Assembly (NCBI GenBank): GCA_965203905.1
Contig: CBDBDQ010000005.1
Coordinates: forward strand, 4,544,001 to 4,608,000
Origin: Spirochaetia bacterium
GTDB taxonomy: Bacteria; Spirochaetota; Spirochaetia; SZUA-6; Bin103
Direction of reading: 5' to 3'
DNA length: 64,000 nt
The notes beneath the pieces are model-generated. The model ran no database searches. It saw only the letters and a list, made by a program, of their open reading frames with translations, and was not told the origin of the DNA. A program made the translations under genes and the position numbers. Of this stretch, positions 56,336-64,000 are shown piece after piece (the first letter of the stretch is position 1; every line of letters starts with the position of its first letter).

Positions 56336-57493
56336 TCAGTCGTAGGTCTTGATGCCGGTGCGGTGGGCGGCGACCCAGTCCCAGTTGATCTGGGCGCCGA
56401 GCCCGGGCGCCTGCCCCACCGGCACGTGGCCGCGCTCGTCGATGGCGTCCAGGGCGTCGCGGTGGTCCAGGTACAGTTCGGTGGCGTGCGATGGCGGCGC
56501 CTTGGGACCCAGCAGTCCCATCTCGTAGTAGTTGGTGTTGCGGATCGCGGCCATGCACTGGCGCGCGGCCGGGCTCGGGCCGTGGAACTCGATGTCGATG
56601 CCCAGCGCCTCGGCGGCGTGCGCCAGCTTCATCACCCCGGTGATGCCGTCGTAGCCGATGTCGCCGCGCACGTAGTCGGTGGCGTCGGCGATCACGAAGT
56701 CGATATGCGGCTCCAGCGAGCGCACGTGCTCGGTCTGCAGCAGCGGCGTCCTGATCAACTGGCGCAGCTTGCGGTGCGCGAACTGGGAGATGCCGCCGTC
56801 GCGGAACGGGTCCTCGTACCAGAAGAACTGCGCCGCGTCGCAGGCGCGTCCCACCTTGACGGCATCGCCGAAGGTGCGCAGCTCGCAGGCGGGATCGAGC
56901 ATCAGGTCCATGTCGCCGACCGCCTCCCGCACCGCCAGCACGTTGGCCACCTCGCGTGCTACCGGCGCCTTGCTCCAGCCGTGGATCTTGAACGCCGGGT
57001 AGCCCATCTCCCGGCACTGCACGGCGAATTCCGCGTACGCCTCGGGACTGTCCAGGCCGCCGGCCTCGTCGCCGTGATAGGTGCTGGCGTAGCAGGGCAC
57101 CGACTCCTTGTGGCCCCCGAGCAGGCGGTGGATCGGCACCTCGAACAGCTTGCCGGCGATGTCCCACAACGCGTTATCGATCGGCGCCACGCCGATGCGC
57201 GCGCTCTGCCGCAGGGCGCGCTTGATGTCGTCGTAGATCTTTTCCCGGTGCAGGACGCTCTTGCCCTTGAGGTAGTGCCAGAACTGGGGCAGGGTGGACA
57301 GCTCGGAGCCGCGGCCGGCCAGGCACTCGCCGACCGGACCGGTATCGGTGAACAGGCGCAGGATCTGGCCTCCGGCCTGCAGCCGGCCGCCCGGCTCGTA
57401 CACCATGTTGAAGCCGTCCTCGTCGTGCCCCATGTCCGGGATTTCGTGGCGGAACTCGTGAATCTCGATCTTGGTGATCTTGGGATCGGTCAT
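56336..57493 (-). CDS. Mandelate racemase/muconate lactonising (enolase superfamily) enzyme
   Basis: IDNALWDIAGK, AFKIH, LMLDP, WYEDP, TE, EFHG, PGLG. Confidence 0.9.
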   Translation of the reverse strand: MTDPKITKIEIHEFRHEIPDMGHDEDGFNMVYEPGGRLQAGGQILRLFTDTGPVGECLAGRGSELSTLPQFWHYLKGKSVLHREKIYDDIKRALRQSARIGVAPIDNALWDIAGKLFEVPIHRLLGGHKESVPCYASTYHGDEAGGLDSPEAYAEFAVQCREMGYPAFKIHGWSKAPVAREVANVLAVREAVGDMDLMLDPACELRTFGDAVKVGRACDAAQFFWYEDPFRDGGISQFAHRKLRQLIRTPLLQTEHVRSLEPHIDFVIADATDYVRGDIGYDGITGVMKLAHAAEALGIDIEFHGPSPAARQCMAAIRNTNYYEMGLLGPKAPPSHATELYLDHRDALDAIDERGHVPVGQAPGLGAQINWDWVAAHRTGIKTYD

Positions 57494-57628
57494 GCGCAGT
57501 TGCTCTGCGCGCCACCTTGGTGCCGGCCGCCGGCCGTTGTCAACCGGTCGGTGGCGTCGGACCTCTCCCGGCAGCGGTCGCGAAGCGTCGGATTCGTGGT
57601 ACGGTTCAGCCATGAAGGAGCGTTGCGG

Positions 57629-58990
57629 GTGAATCTGGCGCGGGGACTGGAGCGACGCGCGGCCGAGGGGCGGCCGGTGCGGATCGGACTGATCGGCGCC
57701 GGCAAGTTCGGCTCGATGTTTCTGGCGCAGGCCCGGCGGACGCCCGGCATGCACGTGGTGGCGATCGCCGACCGCGACGTTCCCAAGGTGCGCGGGTTGC
57801 TGGCGGCGGCAGGGTGGGAGCCGGAGCAGTTCGCGGCATCGTCGCCGGTGGCCGCGCGGGACAGCGGGCGCACCCACCTGGGTGAGGACGGCGAGCGGGT
57901 GATCGCCACCGACGGCATCGAGGTGCTGGTGGAGGCCACCGGCGACCCGCGCACCGGGTTGCGGCACGCGACGGCGGCGATCGCGGCAGGCCGTCACGTG
58001 GTGATGGTCACGGTAGAGGCGGACGTGATCGCCGGCCCGCTGCTGGCGGAGCGGGCGGCCGCCGCGGGCGTGGTGTACAGCCTGGCCTACGGCGATCAGC
58101 CGGCGCTGATCTGCGAGCAGGTGGACTGGGCGCGCAGCGCCGGCTTTCGGGTAACCGCGGCCGGCAAGGGAACCCGCTACCATCCGTCCTTCCACCAGTC
58201 AACTCCCGACACAGTATGGAGTAATTTCGGGATCGATCCCGATGTAGCTACACGTGGTCACATGGATCCCAAGATGTTCAACAGCTTTATCGACGGCAGC
58301 AAGTCGGCCATCGAGATGACCGCCGTGTGCAACGCCACGGGGCTCGTGCCGCAGCCGGAGGGGCTGAGCTTTCCGCCGGTGGCGCGGAACGAACTGGCCC
58401 ACCACCTGCGGCCGCGCGCGGCAGGTGGCGTGCTGGCGCTGGAGCCGGGCGCCACCGGTGTTACCGAGGTAGTCTCCAGTCTGCACCGCGACGGCAGCGA
58501 GGTGGCGCACGACTTGCGCATGGGCACCTACGTGGTGGTGGACGCGGGCCAGGAGTACGTCGCGCAGTGCATCCGCGAGTATGGCTTCCAGGCCGATGCC
58601 GCAGGCGCCTACCTGGCGCTGTACCGGCCCGAGCACCTGATAGGACTGGAGCTGGGCGTGTCGATTGCCTCGGTCGCCGTGCGCGGCGAGCCTACCGGTG
58701 CGGCAACCGGGTTCCGCTCCGACGTGGTGGCGGTGGCCAAGCGCGACCTGGCGGCGGGCGAGGAGCTGGACGGCGAGGGCGGCTACACCGTCTGGGGCAA
58801 GCAGCTTCCGGCCGCGCGCTCCCTGGAGCTTGGAGCACTGCCCCTTGGTCTGGCGCAGGGCGTCAGGATGCTCCGTGCGGTGGCCGCGGGAGGGGTGCTG
58901 CGCTGGGACGACGTGACCATCGACGAGGAGGATCCGGCTGTGTCCTTGCGGCGTGCCATGGAGCGCCGCTTCGCCGCTCGCGACCATTGA
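57629..58990 (+). CDS. NAD(P)-dependent oxidoreductase with SAF domain (COG4091)
   Basis: GLIGAGKFG, EADVIAGP, YGDQPA, DGSKSAIEM, YRPEHLIGLE, AKRDL..GEELDGEGG. Confidence 0.9.
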   Translation: MNLARGLERRAAEGRPVRIGLIGAGKFGSMFLAQARRTPGMHVVAIADRDVPKVRGLLAAAGWEPEQFAASSPVAARDSGRTHLGEDGERVIATDGIEVLVEATGDPRTGLRHATAAIAAGRHVVMVTVEADVIAGPLLAERAAAAGVVYSLAYGDQPALICEQVDWARSAGFRVTAAGKGTRYHPSFHQSTPDTVWSNFGIDPDVATRGHMDPKMFNSFIDGSKSAIEMTAVCNATGLVPQPEGLSFPPVARNELAHHLRPRAAGGVLALEPGATGVTEVVSSLHRDGSEVAHDLRMGTYVVVDAGQEYVAQCIREYGFQADAAGAYLALYRPEHLIGLELGVSIASVAVRGEPTGAATGFRSDVVAVAKRDLAAGEELDGEGGYTVWGKQLPAARSLELGALPLGLAQGVRMLRAVAAGGVLRWDDVTIDEEDPAVSLRRAMERRFAARDH

Positions 58991-59049
58991 AGCGGTACCG
59001 ACAGAAGCCCGTCATTGGGTTATGTTGGAGGTGGGCGGTGGCAGAACCC

Positions 59050-59433
59050 ATGACCCTGAGGGACGAGGACGTCGGTCGCATCGGAGAGTACGTCAAGCCG
59101 TGGCTGCGGGAGTTGGTGGACGAGATGGTTCCACACCCGGAGCCGGTCGGCGCTCGACTGCTCGAACGCATGGTCAGAGTCGAGGAAGAGCTTCGGGCGC
59201 AGCGCACCTTGATGGACGAGCGCTTCGGGTTCATGGCCGACCGCTTCGAGGCGGTCGACAAGCGCTTCGAGGACCTGATCGGTCAGATGAATGCGCGCTT
59301 CGAGACGGTGGACCGGCGGTTCGAAGAGTCGAGAGGGCACGCCGATAGCCGTTTCAAGACGCTGGCCTTGATGATCGGTGTCGGGTTCGCCCTCGTTACC
59401 TTGTTGACCACGGTGTTCGCACTGCTCTCCTGA
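59050..59433 (+). CDS. Small coiled-coil protein with C-terminal TM helix (DUF1640/CCDC90-like)
   Basis: Repeated D.RF heptads (DERF, DRFE, DKRF, NARF, DRRF, DSRF) and a hydrophobic tail. Confidence 0.75.
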   Translation: MTLRDEDVGRIGEYVKPWLRELVDEMVPHPEPVGARLLERMVRVEEELRAQRTLMDERFGFMADRFEAVDKRFEDLIGQMNARFETVDRRFEESRGHADSRFKTLALMIGVGFALVTLLTTVFALLS

Positions 59434-59534
59434 GCCCCCGGCTCAGCGCGACCGCCGTAGTGCACGATGCCACCCGCGTCACCTCGGCAGGCCGCACCGT
59501 GGAAGTGCCCGGCACCGGTTGCCTGCCGTTGCCG

Positions 59535-61517
<1,983 letters not shown>

Positions 61518-61613
61518 CGTAGTTGGCTCCCATCAACAATGTAGCGGCGCCAATGTTGCGCCGTCCACAGATCGGCGGTCTCCGAGCGGTTCGACCGGTG
61601 GTACCGATCTCGC

Positions 61614-62993
61614 CTATTCCGGTTCGACGGTAAGCAGGTAGAGGTCGGCGACGTTGGTGTTGGTGGGCCCGGGCTGGAACAGGGCCGCGCAGGCCTTGCA
61701 GAAGGCGTAGGAGTCGTTGTTGGCGAGCGCGGCGCGCGGATCCAGGGCGGCCGCGGCGGCCACGGCGTCGGCGTCGGCGAAGGCTCCGGCGGCGTCGGTG
61801 GGACCGTCGTTGCCGTCGGTGCCCGCGGCCAGCAGGGTGGCGCCGAGGGGCGGATCGGAGTCCGCGGCCATCTCGGCCAGGAACGCCAGCGCCAGCTCCT
61901 GGCAACGACCGCCGCGGCCGCCGCCGGTCACGGTGACGGTAGTCTCGCCGCCGGCCACCACGCAGGCGGGCAGACGCAATTCCAGGCGCCCGCTGCGCAG
62001 GTCGCGCGCCAGCGCGTAGAACACCTTGGCGATCTCGCGCGCCTCGCCGGTGAGCTGGGTGGCCAGCACCAGAGTGTCGTTGCCGGCGGCACGTGACGCT
62101 GCCGCGGCGGCCTCCACGGCGGTCCGGCCGGAGCCGAGCAGCACGTTGCGGACGCGGGCGAACGCCGGGTGGCCCACCCCGGGGGTGTCCTCGATCGCCC
62201 CCGCGACACCCGCCTCGATGACGCCGCGTACCGCGTCGGGTACCCGTCGCCACAGGTCGAAGCGGCGCAGGATCGCGGCGGCGTCGGCAAACGAGGTGAG
62301 GTCCGGCGCCGTGATGCCGGAGGCGATGGTATCGAGCCGGTCCCCGACCACGTCCGACAGAATGAGGTTGAGCGAGTGGGCCGGGTGCAGCAGCGCCGCC
62401 ATGCGCCCTCCCTTGAGGGCCGAGAGGTGCTTGCGCACGCAGTTCAGCTCCCCGATGGTGGCGCCGGCCGCCAGCAGCAGGCGCGTGGTTTCCTGCTTGT
62501 CGGCCAGGGTGACGCCTTTGGCGGGGGCCGCCAGCAGTGCCGAGCCCCCGCCCGAAACGACGCCGATCAGCAGCGTATCCGCCGTCGCGCGGCTGCACTC
62601 CGCGGCCAGCGCCCGGCCCGCCGCCGCGCTGCCCTGGTCCGGCACCGGGTGCCCGGCTTCCAGCAGGCGGGTGCGGTGCAGCCCGCCTGCGCCGCTCACG
62701 TGGCCGCGCTTGGTCACCGCGACGCCGCCGGCGAGCCGGTCGCCCAGCAGCGCCTCCACACCGCGCGCCATGGGTTCCGCCGCCTTGCCCACCCCCAGCA
62801 GCCGCACCTCGCGGAACCGCGCCAGGTCGATGCGCAGGGGGCCGTCGTCGGCATTCACCACGAGGGTATCGCCGTGCAGACGGAGGCGCGCGGCGACCAT
62901 CTCCTCCGGGTCGACGCGGCGCACGCCGGCGGCGTAGAACGCCTCCAGGGCCGCGCGCCGTCCGGCCGCCGCGGCAGGTACGGGCGGCGTCAC
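61614..62993 (-). CDS. Glycerate 2-kinase (DUF4147/MOFRL)
   Basis: GKAA, GHPVPD, SGGGSAL, SDVVGD, GGETTV, GTDGNDGPTDAAGA, GPTNTNVAD. Confidence 0.92.
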   Translation of the reverse strand: MTPPVPAAAAGRRAALEAFYAAGVRRVDPEEMVAARLRLHGDTLVVNADDGPLRIDLARFREVRLLGVGKAAEPMARGVEALLGDRLAGGVAVTKRGHVSGAGGLHRTRLLEAGHPVPDQGSAAAGRALAAECSRATADTLLIGVVSGGGSALLAAPAKGVTLADKQETTRLLLAAGATIGELNCVRKHLSALKGGRMAALLHPAHSLNLILSDVVGDRLDTIASGITAPDLTSFADAAAILRRFDLWRRVPDAVRGVIEAGVAGAIEDTPGVGHPAFARVRNVLLGSGRTAVEAAAAASRAAGNDTLVLATQLTGEAREIAKVFYALARDLRSGRLELRLPACVVAGGETTVTVTGGGRGGRCQELALAFLAEMAADSDPPLGATLLAAGTDGNDGPTDAAGAFADADAVAAAAALDPRAALANNDSYAFCKACAALFQPGPTNTNVADLYLLTVEPE

Positions 62994-64000
62994 GGCAGGC
63001 CTCCCTGCGCGATCACGTCGCGGTACCAGAGGGCGCTGCGTTTCGGGGTGCGCCGCTGGGTGTCGAAGTCGACCCGCACCAGGCCGAACCGCTTGCCATA
63101 GCCGTGGGTCCACTCGAAGTTGTCCAGCAGCGACCAGGCGAAGTAGCCGCCGACCGGCGCTCCGGCGGCCAGTGCCTCGTGCACCGCTTCCAGGTGGACG
63201 CGCAAGTAGCGCTCCCGGTCGCCGTCGTCGACCCACCCGTCGGCGGCGGGGGCGTCCTCGTATGCGGCGCCGTTCTCGGTCACGTAGAGCGCCGCCGGCG
63301 CATACTCCCGGTGCAGGCGCAGCAGCAGCTCGCCGAGACCGGCCGGGTACACCTCCCAGCCCATGGCGGTGAATTCCTCGCGCTGTCCGGCGCCGACGTT
63401 GGTCACCCGAAAGCCCAGCTCACGCTGCCGCGGCCCACTCCCGGCCGCAGGCCCGCCGGGCGTCTTACCCGCCGCTTCCGTCGCCGCGCCTCCCGCGGCT
63501 CCCGCGGCGGCCGCACCGGCCGCTACCACCCAGCGGAAGTAGTAGTTGACGCCGAGGAAGTCCAGCGGTGCCGCGATCACCTCGGCGTCGCCCTCCGCGA
63601 CCTCCGGGAGCAACTCCAGCTCGCGGTAGGCATCCAGCAGATCCTCGGGGTAAGCGCCGCGCAGCAGCGGATCGAGATACCAGCGGTTGAGGTAGCCGTC
63701 GGCGCGGTCGGCGGCGTCGGCGTCCGCCGCGCTGTCGCCGGCGGGGTGGACCGGCGCCAGATTCAGGGCGATGCCCACCCGTGCCCGCGGCACCAGGTCG
63801 CGCAGCACCTCGACCGCCAGCCCGTGCGCCAGCAGCAGGTGGTGGGCCGCCTGCAGGGCGCCGGCGAGGCCGCGCGTGCCGGGAGCGTGGACGCCGTGCT
63901 CGTGGCCCAGATGAGCGGCGACCTGCGGCTCGTTGAGGGTAATCCACCGCGTGATGCGATCGCCCAGGCGGCGCGCCGCCTGCTCGGTAAAGTCCGCGAA
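62990..64000 (-). CDS. GH1 beta-glucosidase, 5' end outside window
   Basis: WITLNEP (acid/base), HAPG, GVNYY, YVTENG (nucleophile), WSLLDNFEW. Confidence 0.95.
   Translation of the reverse strand, partial: FADFTEQAARRLGDRITRWITLNEPQVAAHLGHEHGVHAPGTRGLAGALQAAHHLLLAHGLAVEVLRDLVPRARVGIALNLAPVHPAGDSAADADAADRADGYLNRWYLDPLLRGAYPEDLLDAYRELELLPEVAEGDAEVIAAPLDFLGVNYYFRWVVAAGAAAAGAAGGAATEAAGKTPGGPAAGSGPRQRELGFRVTNVGAGQREEFTAMGWEVYPAGLGELLLRLHREYAPAALYVTENGAAYEDAPAADGWVDDGDRERYLRVHLEAVHEALAAGAPVGGYFAWSLLDNFEWTHGYGKRFGLVRVDFDTQRRTPKRSALWYRDVIAQGGLP

Overview
High-GC bacterial chromosomal window. The solute-binding protein N-terminus and FtsH type weakly suggest a spirochaete-like organism (inference). 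Catabolic, transport and housekeeping genes occupy about 0.6-6.2 kb, 22-26 kb and 42-64 kb: sugar ABC transporter, PhyH dioxygenases, SAF-domain oxidoreductases, rtcB, hisI-hisG, IlvD-family dehydratase, enolase-family enzyme, ftsH, glycerate kinase and a GH1. Two accessory/defence regions lie between them. Region 1 (6.2-21.9 kb) holds a PD-(D/E)XK nuclease and a 10.8 kb three-gene operon resembling the Mad6-7-8 / DndFGH restriction module: NERD-pseudokinase-kinase-ATPase, a DndG-like protein, and a nuclease-HerA/FtsK ATPase. No modification genes lie next to it. Region 2 (26-42 kb) holds nested, truncated IS elements (IS4, IS1595, IS5/IS1182-like, IS481-like) that destroyed an AAA ATPase-DUF4276 pair. 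They trap an AT-rich cassette with a candidate ~240-nt structured ncRNA and a small RHH-like gene. A STAND NTPase with a C-terminal nuclease, an AAA-DUF4143 ATPase and vapBC follow. Also seen: a ~110-bp dispersed palindromic repeat, one copy apparently translated inside a permease, and a triplicated 2TM-coiled-coil gene with homogenised 3' ends. All assignments come from reading motifs by eye; no searches were run.
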